Shown here piece by piece: positions 20,850-30,110 of a stretch of DNA of 54,138 nt. The stretch comes from Bacteroidota bacterium. GTDB lineage: Bacteria; Bacteroidota; Bacteroidia; Bacteroidales; GCA-2748055. Under the pieces are notes generated by a model. It was not told the origin of the DNA and ran no database searches. It saw only the letters and a program-made list of their open reading frames with translations. A program made the position numbers and the translations under genes. The stretch is from contig DAOVKJ010000003.1 of NCBI GenBank assembly GCA_030631845.1, positions 1-54,138 of the forward strand, read 5' to 3'. The first letter of the stretch is position 1. The number at the start of each line of letters is the position of its first letter.

Positions 20850-22235
20850 ATGAAACAAATAGTGATATTAGTTGGTATTGCGATTTTCATCGGTGGTTGT
20901 GGTTCATACAATACCGGAGAATTGGTCGGAGTTGAAGGTAGAAAAGCTTATTCTGAACCTGATCCTTTTGGAATGGTGGCGGTCCCCATGGGATCATTTT
21001 CCATGGGTGCCAGTGATCAGGACGTCACATGGACCCAGAATACCATGACCAGAACCGTGGCGGTTGATGCTTTCTGGATGGACGAAACTGAAATCACCAA
21101 CAACGAATACCGACAATATGTGTACTGGGTTCGTGATTCCATCATCAGAAAAGAGCTTGCCATGCAGGGCATTGAGGACTACATCTTGAAAGATAGAGAT
21201 GATCAGCCCTTCGAGGATGTCAATGGCGATCCCATCATTGACTGGAATACACCGCTTGATCCATCCAAGGATAAAGAGGGGAATATTCAACAGATTATTG
21301 AAGACCTGGGTATATACTATTCAGGTGAAGATCGTCTTTCGCTCTATTTCAGGGAGATCAATCCGACCAAACTTATCTATAACTATTACTGGATAGACCG
21401 TGTTCAGGCCGCCAAGCCTGCCAATAGTTTCCGCCTCGATTATTCTGGTAACTCCGCAGAGCCAATAGTACAATACGGAGGAACAATCACCAGGCCCAAT
21501 GGCGAACAGGAAGAGGTCACAGGGCGTTCTTCATTTGTGAACAGGGACTGGGTCCTGGTCTATCCCGATACACTGGTCTGGGTAAAGGATTTTACATTCT
21601 CCTTTAATGAACCCATGACCAACCTCTATTTCTCCTCCCCCTCGTATGACAACTACCCGGTGGTTGGGGTTACCTGGAAACAGGCCAAGGCTTTCTGTAT
21701 CTGGAGAACCAACTATCTGAACCAGGCGCTTATTAAAAGCGGACAGACCATTGTACAGGACTACAGGTTACCCATTGAGGCTGAATGGGAATATGCAGCC
21801 AGGGGAGGTCTCGATCACAGCATGTATCCATGGGGCGGAGTTTATCTGAGGAATAAACTGGGTTGTTTTATTGCCAATTTTAAGCCATTGCGTGGTAATT
21901 ATACCGACGATGGTTCCATGTATCCTGCCAGGGTTGCGTTCTACGGTGTACCCAATGAATTTGGTCTTTACGACATGGCGGGTAATGTGGCTGAATGGAC
22001 TATTACTGCATATGATCCTTCAGCATATGTGTTTTCTCACGATATGAATCCTTATTATAATTACGAAGCCAAACCCGATGATCCACCCGTAATGAAGCGG
22101 AAGGTAATCAGGGGTGGATCCTGGAAAGACGTTGCCCGTTATCTCCAGGTAAGCACCCGCGATTATGAGTATCAGGACACTACCAAATCTTACATCGGTT
22201 TTAGATGCGTACGTTCATATTTAGGTGATCAATAA
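20850..22235 (+). CDS. gldK: T9SS/gliding lipoprotein GldK/PorK
   Basis: Lipobox GGC, GELVG and FGE-sulfatase-fold motifs MDETEITN, YPVVGV, EAEWEYAARGG, DMAGNVAEW, RGGSW and GFRC. Confidence 0.93.
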   Translation: MKQIVILVGIAIFIGGCGSYNTGELVGVEGRKAYSEPDPFGMVAVPMGSFSMGASDQDVTWTQNTMTRTVAVDAFWMDETEITNNEYRQYVYWVRDSIIRKELAMQGIEDYILKDRDDQPFEDVNGDPIIDWNTPLDPSKDKEGNIQQIIEDLGIYYSGEDRLSLYFREINPTKLIYNYYWIDRVQAAKPANSFRLDYSGNSAEPIVQYGGTITRPNGEQEEVTGRSSFVNRDWVLVYPDTLVWVKDFTFSFNEPMTNLYFSSPSYDNYPVVGVTWKQAKAFCIWRTNYLNQALIKSGQTIVQDYRLPIEAEWEYAARGGLDHSMYPWGGVYLRNKLGCFIANFKPLRGNYTDDGSMYPARVAFYGVPNEFGLYDMAGNVAEWTITAYDPSAYVFSHDMNPYYNYEAKPDDPPVMKRKVIRGGSWKDVARYLQVSTRDYEYQDTTKSYIGFRCVRSYLGDQ

Positions 22236-22251
22236 TTAAATACTTTATATA

Positions 22252-23214
22252 ATGGGAATTACAGAATTAGTTCAAAGTTCGGGCTGGAAGAGTTTCACGG
22301 CTAAACTCTATGGCTTTGGAGCCTCCATTGTAATTATTGGAGCACTCTTTAAAATCCAGCACTGGCCAGGAGCAGGTATTGCATTGGCCTCAGGACTTAT
22401 AATTGAATCGATTATCTTCTTTTTCTCAGCTTTTGAACCGCTGCATGAAGAACTGGACTGGACCCTGGTTTATCCGGAACTGGCCGGTATGTCCGATCCG
22501 GATGAAATCGACGAGTACAAGGAGCAGGCCATTGCAGACAGGAATGTTGGACTTCAGAAATTTGACGAGCTTTTCGAGCAATCCCAGATCAATGCAGAGG
22601 ATGTGAGGAGCCTGGGTAAGCACCTGAACACCATCTCAACCACCACGGAGACCATCGGCGATATCACCACAGCCTCCCTGGCCACCAAGGAGTATTTTGA
22701 CAAAATGGGTAATGCCGCACAGAACATGGACAATGTGGCTACAGCTTATGGCACCAATACAGGTGAGCTGAATGAATCAGTCTCAACCCTGGCCGCATCC
22801 TACAAAAATACCGCCAGTATGATCGATACAAAGGGCAAGGATATTGCTGACAAATTTTCAGCTTCAAGTTCAAACCTGACCGCTACCTACGAAGCCATGT
22901 CGGGCGAAGTGAAAGAGGAGCACTCCAATATCTCACAGAGCCAGAAGCAGTTTAACCAGCAGCTTGAGACGCTGAACAAAAATCTTGGTGATCTGAATCT
23001 CTCCTACGCCGACCAGGTTAAAGGAAGCAAGGATCACCTGCAGGGAACTGCCGGCGTTTACAGTGGATTGAATGAAATGATTGCCAGCCTGCAGGCCTCT
23101 GTTGAGGAGACACAGAAATATAAGAATGAGATTGTGAAGCTCAGCGAGAGTCTTTCTGAATTAAATAATGTTTACGGCAATATGCTCACGGCCATGAGCA
23201 TTAGAAAAAAATAA
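22252..23214 (+). CDS. gldL: T9SS/gliding motor subunit GldL/PorL
   Basis: YGxGASIVIIGALFKIQHW, E..IFF.SAFEP, DWxLVYPEL, a coiled coil and C-terminal VYGNMLTAM. Confidence 0.95.
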   Translation: MGITELVQSSGWKSFTAKLYGFGASIVIIGALFKIQHWPGAGIALASGLIIESIIFFFSAFEPLHEELDWTLVYPELAGMSDPDEIDEYKEQAIADRNVGLQKFDELFEQSQINAEDVRSLGKHLNTISTTTETIGDITTASLATKEYFDKMGNAAQNMDNVATAYGTNTGELNESVSTLAASYKNTASMIDTKGKDIADKFSASSSNLTATYEAMSGEVKEEHSNISQSQKQFNQQLETLNKNLGDLNLSYADQVKGSKDHLQGTAGVYSGLNEMIASLQASVEETQKYKNEIVKLSESLSELNNVYGNMLTAMSIRKK

Positions 23215-23233
23215 TAATCCTTAATCCTGCTCT

Positions 23234-24811
23234 ATGGCACACGGTAAAGAAACACCGAGACAAAAAATGATCGGCATGATGTATTTGGTGCTGACAGCGA
23301 TGCTGGCACTGAATGTATCAAAAGAGGTGCTGGATGCATTTACCCTGGTGGATGGAGGGCTCACAACAACCATTCAAAATTTTGCGGCCAAAAATGAGGG
23401 CCTCTATGACAAGTTCAACATAGCCTACGAGCAGAACCCGGAGAAGGTAGGTGACTGGAAAATAAAGGCTGAAGAGCTAAAGACCCGTTCCGATGAGTTA
23501 TATGAATTCATGAACGAGTGTAAGATAGAGATTGTTTCCAAAAAAGATACGGATGCAATTCATGACGGAGAGGTTTACCTGGCTGACGTTAAGAGCAAAG
23601 ACAATACCAACTTTCCCGCGGAAATAATGATCGTGAATAATAAAGGGGCTGAACTCAAGCAGCATATCGAAGCGCACAGGGAGTTTCTGCTTTCCATGAT
23701 CGAGGATAAGGAGAAGTATGCCAACGCGGTGGCGTCCATTGAAGGAATTCTGAGCACCGAGGTGCCTGAAGATTTTCATCGCAACAAAAAGAGGGGGGCA
23801 ACCCCCACCTGGGAATCCACCTATTTTGAACACCTTCCGCTTGCTTCGGTTATTACACTGCTTTCCAAAATGCAGGGCGATGTCCGGAATGTGGAAGCAG
23901 AGATGCTCAACTTCCTGCTGGGACAGGTGGATGCGGGCGACTTTAAGGTGAATGTGATTGAGCCGGTTGTTATTGCAAAATCAAACTATGTGTTCAAGGG
24001 CGTGCCCTACCATGCAGAAGTATTTCTCGCAGCCTATGATTCAACCAACATACCTGAGGTAAAGTTGGATAACGGAACCCTTCTTGAAACACAAGGCGGT
24101 AAGGGAATTTACGAAATCTCCTATAACAGCATTGGTATTAAGAAGTGGGGGGGAGTCATCTCCATTGAAAAGGATGGCCAGGTGACTAGCAAACCCTTTA
24201 CAGCTGAATTTGAAGTGGCAGAATCCAATGCCACCGTTTCAGCCACTGGGATGAATGTATTCTACCGTGGAATTCCAAACCCGGTTGAAATTTCTGTGGG
24301 TGGTGTGGCTGAAAGAGATGTAATAGCTCAAATCTCATCAGGTAATATCAAACGGGTTGGTGCAGGAACCTACCAGGTCAAACCGGGTGCAGGAAAAAAT
24401 ACAGCAACAGTAAGCGTATATGCCACTATCGATGGCAAGAGGAAACTGATGAGCCGTGCGGACTTCAGGGTATACGATCTTCCCAAGCCCGATGCGGTAG
24501 TGGAAGGGGTTCCTGGCTCCTCAGGAGCCCTTACCGTTGGTAAACTCTCTCAATTGCAAAATGTAAGGGCCGAAGCCAAAGACTTTGTATTTGAAGTAGA
24601 GTATAAAGTGCTATCATTTGAAGTGGCTTTCATGGGTTCGGGTGGAATCTGGAGTTCCATGCCCTCCAACAACGATCGTTTCACTTCTCAGCAAAAAACA
24701 TTGTTCCGTCAGCTCAGGACCGGTCAACGGGTTATGATTGAAAGAATCAAGGCCACCGGGCCCGACGGTATTTTGAGAAACCTAAATAATATTACCATAA
24801 CAGTTCGATAA
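23234..24811 (+). CDS. gldM: T9SS/gliding motor subunit GldM/PorM
   Basis: ETPRQKMIGMMYLVLTAMLALNVS and MNVFYRGIPNP motifs. Confidence 0.95.
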   Translation: MAHGKETPRQKMIGMMYLVLTAMLALNVSKEVLDAFTLVDGGLTTTIQNFAAKNEGLYDKFNIAYEQNPEKVGDWKIKAEELKTRSDELYEFMNECKIEIVSKKDTDAIHDGEVYLADVKSKDNTNFPAEIMIVNNKGAELKQHIEAHREFLLSMIEDKEKYANAVASIEGILSTEVPEDFHRNKKRGATPTWESTYFEHLPLASVITLLSKMQGDVRNVEAEMLNFLLGQVDAGDFKVNVIEPVVIAKSNYVFKGVPYHAEVFLAAYDSTNIPEVKLDNGTLLETQGGKGIYEISYNSIGIKKWGGVISIEKDGQVTSKPFTAEFEVAESNATVSATGMNVFYRGIPNPVEISVGGVAERDVIAQISSGNIKRVGAGTYQVKPGAGKNTATVSVYATIDGKRKLMSRADFRVYDLPKPDAVVEGVPGSSGALTVGKLSQLQNVRAEAKDFVFEVEYKVLSFEVAFMGSGGIWSSMPSNNDRFTSQQKTLFRQLRTGQRVMIERIKATGPDGILRNLNNITITVR

Positions 24812-24812
24812 G

Positions 24813-25718
24813 ATGAAGGCAAGAAGGTATATATTTGGAACAGCAATTCTGGCAATTTTCACATTGTCCTTATCTGCTCAGAATCCGGTGAACACGTCCG
24901 TTACCCCGGGAAATGCACCGGTAATCACCGCCTATACTCCCTCAACGGATGTATATAAATCCGAAACAATTATTCCGGAAAAGAAACCGGTACCCTATAG
25001 CTATATTCGTGAATCCGATGTCATGTGGGCTAAAGATGTATGGAGGACCATTGACCTCAGGCAGCGTCAGAATATGCCACTGCGTTACCCCCTTGAGGGA
25101 ACCATGAGCGATGGTGAGAGATACAGCCTCTTTGGGCTCTTGATGGAAGGGATCAAAACGGAAGAGATTACTCCCTATGAATTCAATGTCATTACCAGCT
25201 GGAAAGATCCCTTTTCAGTGGTCACCAATCTGGAAGATATATATCGTCGATCAGGTGGCGATACCATCTACGATAATGATGGCAATTTTGAAAGCGTTCA
25301 GCAGGGTATGACCAATATCCTTCAGATCCAGATTCAGGAGATGTGGTTCTTTGATAAGCAAACCTCCACCATGAATGTCCGTATTGTGGCAATTGCTCCT
25401 GTCTTTTATAGTTTCTATGATGAGTTCAACCAGCCACTGCCCTCACCCAGGCCCATGATTCCATTCGTGGTACATTTCCCGCAATGTCGCAGGTTATTTG
25501 CTACTCATTCGGTATATAACCCGAACAATGATGCCCAGTCTATGTCTTTTGATGACCTCTTTATGCAGCGTCGTTTCTCCAGCACCATTATTGCTGAATC
25601 CAATGTATTTGGAAACCGCATGCTAACCGATTACAAACTGGGTCAGGATGTATTGCTTGAGGCTGAGCGGATCAAAAATGACCTGTTTATCATGGAACAT
25701 GATCTCTGGGAGTACTAG
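24813..25718 (+). CDS. gldN: T9SS/gliding protein GldN/PorN
   Basis: READ-like (RESDVMW), IDL, WFFDK, SFDDLF..RRF and EHDLWEY motifs. Confidence 0.93.
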   Translation: MKARRYIFGTAILAIFTLSLSAQNPVNTSVTPGNAPVITAYTPSTDVYKSETIIPEKKPVPYSYIRESDVMWAKDVWRTIDLRQRQNMPLRYPLEGTMSDGERYSLFGLLMEGIKTEEITPYEFNVITSWKDPFSVVTNLEDIYRRSGGDTIYDNDGNFESVQQGMTNILQIQIQEMWFFDKQTSTMNVRIVAIAPVFYSFYDEFNQPLPSPRPMIPFVVHFPQCRRLFATHSVYNPNNDAQSMSFDDLFMQRRFSSTIIAESNVFGNRMLTDYKLGQDVLLEAERIKNDLFIMEHDLWEY

Positions 25719-25736
25719 AAATCTCCAAACCCTTAT

Positions 25737-25771
25737 AAAAAAAGCCGCATCCACCACGATGCGGTTTTTTT
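25737..25771. terminator. Bidirectional intrinsic terminator after gldN
   Basis: A7-GCCGCATC-loop-GATGCGGT-T-run between the convergent gldN and manC genes. Confidence 0.85.
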
Positions 25772-25862
25772 ATGTCCCAATTTTCGTATCTGCTCGTATA
25801 TATTGAGAACATAAATGTGATGGAAAGGAAGCATGTTATCCCATCAGGCTTACCAATGCGAA

Positions 25863-25925
25863 GGTGTTTCGGATACCGAAGCCTTAGCCAGCCGAAGGCT
25901 GGGTGCAGCGAGGTGCTGAAATACC
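25863..25925. repeat. Imperfect palindromic (REP-like) element
   Basis: Outer arms GGTGTTTCGG (25863-72) and CTGAAATACC (25916-25), with inner hairpin CCAGCC-GAA-GGCTGG. Confidence 0.5.
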
Positions 25926-25928
25926 GAG

Positions 25929-27023
25929 CTACACCATATCCTCCCCAATCTCGGTTTTGATATCGGTAACGTACTGCTTGATCTTCTGCTCATCTTCGCG
26001 CTTACAGACCAGGATGACCTTTTCATTCTGTACGACTATAAAGTCCTCCAGCCCCTGGAGTACAACCAGCATATCGTCCTGAACATTTACAATATTTCCC
26101 GTGGATTCATACAAAAAGACATGCTTTCCTGTAACCGAATTCTGGCGTTCATCCTTAAGCAGTTGTTCGTAAAGTGATCCCCATGTTCCAAGATCTGACC
26201 AACCAAAATCCGAAACCAGCACAAACACATTATCCGCTTTCTCCATAATTCCATAATCGATGCTGACATTACGGCACTTCCCGTAGGTTTCATGAATGAA
26301 TCCCTTTTCATTCTCTGTCCCAAAAACCTCTTTACCCTCCTTAAAAAGGGAATGAATCTCTGGAAGGTACATCTCAAAAGAGTTCATAATGGTCTCGAGT
26401 GACCAGAAGAAAATACCGGCATTCCAGTAAAAGTCACCACTCTCGAGAAACACCTGGGCCAGATTAAGATCCGGTTTTTCGGTAAAAGTCTTCACCTTTC
26501 TAAGGGCCAGTGATTCATATCCTTTCACCTGCTTTTCAATGGATTGGATATACCCATAACCAGTCTCCGGACGACTGGGAACAATTCCAAGGGTCAGCAG
26601 TGCATCATTAGATGCCACAAACTCAAGACCCTGCTCAACGGATCGAAGAAATTCCTCCTCCTTCACAATCAGGTGATCTGAAGGAGCTACTATGATCCTG
26701 GCCATCGGATTTTTCTGATAGATCCTGAAATTAGCATAATCAATACATGGAGCTGTATTACGACGTAAGGGCTCCAGGAGTATATTCTCTTCTGGTATTT
26801 CAGGAAGCTGATCGGCAATAATCTCTATATACTCAAGGTTACTTACAACAAAAATATGATCGGGAGGCATGATCTTGTGAAACCTGTCGTAAGTCTGTTG
26901 TAAAAGGGTTCTTCCTGTTCCAAGAATATCCAGGAACTGCTTGGGGCGTTCTGTTTTACTCAGGGGCCAGAAACGACTGCCTATGCCACCTGCCATAATT
27001 ACACAATATTTATTTTTGTCCAT
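25929..27023 (-). CDS. manC: Mannose-1-phosphate guanylyltransferase
   Basis: MAGGIGSRFWPLS..PKQF, EP..RNTAP, PSDH, ETGYGYI, FTEKP, SIDYGIME and WSDLG motifs. Confidence 0.95.
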   Translation of the reverse strand: MDKNKYCVIMAGGIGSRFWPLSKTERPKQFLDILGTGRTLLQQTYDRFHKIMPPDHIFVVSNLEYIEIIADQLPEIPEENILLEPLRRNTAPCIDYANFRIYQKNPMARIIVAPSDHLIVKEEEFLRSVEQGLEFVASNDALLTLGIVPSRPETGYGYIQSIEKQVKGYESLALRKVKTFTEKPDLNLAQVFLESGDFYWNAGIFFWSLETIMNSFEMYLPEIHSLFKEGKEVFGTENEKGFIHETYGKCRNVSIDYGIMEKADNVFVLVSDFGWSDLGTWGSLYEQLLKDERQNSVTGKHVFLYESTGNIVNVQDDMLVVLQGLEDFIVVQNEKVILVCKREDEQKIKQYVTDIKTEIGEDMV

Positions 27024-27155
27024 TATATTAAAAGGAAAATGAATATGTTCTATTTATCTACATACACTAAATATAGTCGCTTTTTAATGAATAGTTCAGA
27101 CACTCAAGATGTTTTATACAATAATTGATATATTACATGAAATTGTTTTGAGCAT

Positions 27156-27896
27156 ATGAAGTTGCTCTCACATATAGGATCTTACTTTCTGCTGATGGGA
27201 AGGGCGTTCAGTCAGCCCGAAAAACACTCCATTTTATACCGTCAAACCATGAGGGAGATAGAGAAGGTAGGTATCAACTCCTTTCCTATCGTGGTGGTCA
27301 TCTCTCTTTTTGTGGGAGCAGTTATTACCATTCAGACCAATTTTAACATTGAAAACCCTCTTCTCCCCAAATACCTTGTGGGTGTAACTGTACGAGATTC
27401 ACTTCTCCTGGAGTTTTCCTCCACCATGGTGGCACTGATCCTGGCCGGTAAGGTGGGGTCAAGTATCGCTTCTGAACTGGGGATGATGCGAATTACCGAA
27501 CAGATTGATGCCCTGGAAGTGATGGGAATTAATTCAGCTTCCTACCTGATTCTTCCAAGAATTATTGCTGCTGTACTGTTCTTTCCCATTTTATGCCTGC
27601 TCAGTATCATGGTTGGCCTTTTCGGGGGTTACCTCGCCTGCACACTTGGTGGGGTAATGCCTCCATCGGATTATGTTTATGGAATCCAGTATGCATTCTA
27701 TCCATACTACATTAGCTATGCTCTGACCAAAACAGTATTCTATGCCATCATTATCACCTCTGTCTCCTCCTATTTCGGCTACAATGTTAAAGGAGGAGCT
27801 GTGGAAGTAGGAAGATCCAGTACCAGGGCCGTGGTGCAGAGCAGTATTTTAATCCTGCTGGCAAACCTCATTCTTACCAGAACCATCCTGACATGA
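27156..27896 (+). CDS. mlaE: MlaE-family ABC permease
   Basis: AGKVGSSIASELGxMRITEQIDALEVMG and GGAVEVG motifs. Confidence 0.9.
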   Translation: MKLLSHIGSYFLLMGRAFSQPEKHSILYRQTMREIEKVGINSFPIVVVISLFVGAVITIQTNFNIENPLLPKYLVGVTVRDSLLLEFSSTMVALILAGKVGSSIASELGMMRITEQIDALEVMGINSASYLILPRIIAAVLFFPILCLLSIMVGLFGGYLACTLGGVMPPSDYVYGIQYAFYPYYISYALTKTVFYAIIITSVSSYFGYNVKGGAVEVGRSSTRAVVQSSILILLANLILTRTILT

Positions 27897-28642
27897 TCGA
27901 GGTCAAAAATCTTTTTAAAAGCTATGAAAGCGATTTTGTACTCAACGATGTGAGTGCCAGGTTTGAAAAAGGGAAATGCAACCTGATTATCGGTCGAAGT
28001 GGTTCAGGAAAAACGGTTCTGCTAAAATCTATCGTCGGCCTGATTGAAGTGGATGAAGGAGAGATCTGGTACGATCACCAGAAATTCAGTCACCTGGATA
28101 CCCCCTCAAGACAACAGATCCGCAAAGAGATGGGCGTTCTTTTTCAGGGGGCCGCACTATTCGATTCGCTTACCGTAGAGGATAATGTCCTCTTCCCTCT
28201 TGATATGTTCACCAGTCAAACCAGAAATGATAAACTGGATCGTGCCAATTTCTGCCTTGAGAGGGTAAAAGTAACCGGTTCCAATGGATTGTACCCTGCC
28301 GAGTTGAGTGGAGGGATGAAAAAAAGGGTCGCTATTGCCCGTGCCATTGCTCTTAATCCAAGGTACCTTCTCTGTGATGAACCCAACTCCGGACTGGACC
28401 CTGAAACCGGTATCGTTATTGATAACCTGATCAAGGAACTCACCGAAGAGTTCCAGATGACCACCATTGTAAATTCGCATGATATGAATTCAGTTCTGGA
28501 GATTGGCGATAAGGTCATCTTTATCTACAAAGGATGCAAATGTTGGGAGGGTTCAAGAACAGAGATTCTCAAAACCGACAATGTAGCACTGAATAATTTT
28601 GTTTTTGCTACCAATATGGCCAAGCAGATCAAGAGATCGTAG
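27893..28642 (+). CDS. mlaF: MlaF-family ABC ATPase
   Basis: GRSGSGKT, FQGAALFDS, LSGGMKKRV and DEPNSGLDP motifs. Confidence 0.9.
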   Translation: MIEVKNLFKSYESDFVLNDVSARFEKGKCNLIIGRSGSGKTVLLKSIVGLIEVDEGEIWYDHQKFSHLDTPSRQQIRKEMGVLFQGAALFDSLTVEDNVLFPLDMFTSQTRNDKLDRANFCLERVKVTGSNGLYPAELSGGMKKRVAIARAIALNPRYLLCDEPNSGLDPETGIVIDNLIKELTEEFQMTTIVNSHDMNSVLEIGDKVIFIYKGCKCWEGSRTEILKTDNVALNNFVFATNMAKQIKRS

Positions 28643-28655
28643 GCCGCCGCAACAA

Positions 28656-30110
28656 CTAATATACCAGGGGCCTGTCCCGGTCCAGCTTCGAAAACTGCTG
28701 ATAACCAAAAACCAGGTTCATTCCAAACCAGATGTTTGCTGATTTTGCCTCATGTGGCCAGAATAGTGCATTCAGCGCATTGTCTGAGATCACATATAGA
28801 TTCACCGGACCCGTGTTGAAAGAGATCCCGGCTCCGAAATTTTTTAAATAACCATTGATATAAGAGTAGCTCAGTGTAAAATTCAGAACCCGTCCTGCAG
28901 CGAAATTAGCAGAAGCTGTGACCTCTTCGATAATGGTTTCTTTAAGGAAATCTGTTCTGGAGAGCAATCCGAAATTGATATTTGGCGTAACATACCAGGA
29001 AGCGCCTATAAATACCTTCGTGCTGAGGCGGCGGCTGTAGATCTTTCCGGGGGTAAATTCCAGCTCACCTGCCAGTGTATCTGCCAACGCAGTTAAAGAG
29101 CTGTCCAAATACTCACTGAAAGTACGTTCCCCGGAAAACTCAAGCGGATTCACCTCCAGGCCTGTATAGTCATAATCTGTCTTAAAGCTGACTTCATGGA
29201 CCTCATCGGTCCAGCGGATATAGCCAAGATCCAGAAGACTGGCACTGAGCAGCCATTGATCAGATGGTCTGTAATCAACACCCAGATCGATACCCAATCC
29301 AAAATTTTTACTGCTAAATGCCTGTCTGGCAAAAGCCATGGGGCTCATATTCCTCAGCTCCTCGTCAATGATAATATCCTCAATCATCCCATCTTCATTA
29401 TAGATCACATCCGCAAACGGAAGTGAAGCATCAAATTCCATATCCGAATGAATGTTCCAGACTTCCTCCGAGGTCGTCACCGAAAACTCCGAATGGGTTG
29501 TGGAGAGGTTTGCAAGACCAAAATAGGCCTTTCCACGCACTCCTATCTGCCACCTGTTCCCAATTGCCCCCGACCAGCCAACTGCAATTTCATCAAAGCC
29601 TGTAATATCAGTCCCCATACCATCCATCGTATATGTTTCACCTTCATCGGCACCTTCCAGCACCAGTCTTGGCAGGTCGCCCGGGAAGTAGATGTTCCCT
29701 TCTACCCTGGAACTAACATCCAATGTAAAAAAGCCTGCTCCGGTACGAAATCCAAAGGAAATAAGTGAGACCCCCATATCAGAAAGCATCAGATTCAATG
29801 GCTTCAGTTTATTCAGAAAGGCCTGTTGGTCACCCAGTGGATGAAGAAATGTAATCAGGGAATCCTCCGTTGGATGGGGGTATATCACATCACCAAATGC
29901 AAGTGAACTTGATGATGTGTGAATTGTTGTCGGAGAAAGTAAGGGGATCCCAAAATAGAACCCGCATTCGGGCTGACGTGCAGGATTAATTCTGTTTGAC
30001 TGAGGAACCCCATTCATAAAAAAGAGGGTATTATTGGTCTGCGACCATCCCTGCAAACCTGCTCCCAATAGCAATACCAGGCTAACAATAACCCTGTTGA
30101 TTATCCTCAT
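28656..30110 (-). CDS. DUF5723-family predicted outer-membrane beta-barrel
   Basis: Signal peptide, Q....NPA, GLGIDLG, S..DLGYI.W and G.NLVFG motifs; amphipathic strands. Confidence 0.75.
   Translation of the reverse strand: MRIINRVIVSLVLLLGAGLQGWSQTNNTLFFMNGVPQSNRINPARQPECGFYFGIPLLSPTTIHTSSSSLAFGDVIYPHPTEDSLITFLHPLGDQQAFLNKLKPLNLMLSDMGVSLISFGFRTGAGFFTLDVSSRVEGNIYFPGDLPRLVLEGADEGETYTMDGMGTDITGFDEIAVGWSGAIGNRWQIGVRGKAYFGLANLSTTHSEFSVTTSEEVWNIHSDMEFDASLPFADVIYNEDGMIEDIIIDEELRNMSPMAFARQAFSSKNFGLGIDLGVDYRPSDQWLLSASLLDLGYIRWTDEVHEVSFKTDYDYTGLEVNPLEFSGERTFSEYLDSSLTALADTLAGELEFTPGKIYSRRLSTKVFIGASWYVTPNINFGLLSRTDFLKETIIEEVTASANFAAGRVLNFTLSYSYINGYLKNFGAGISFNTGPVNLYVISDNALNALFWPHEAKSANIWFGMNLVFGYQQFSKLDRDRPLVY

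Noticed and set aside
25772-25960. 62-aa ORF between gldN and manC
   Set aside because: Starts right after a terminator, runs through a palindromic element and has no motif.
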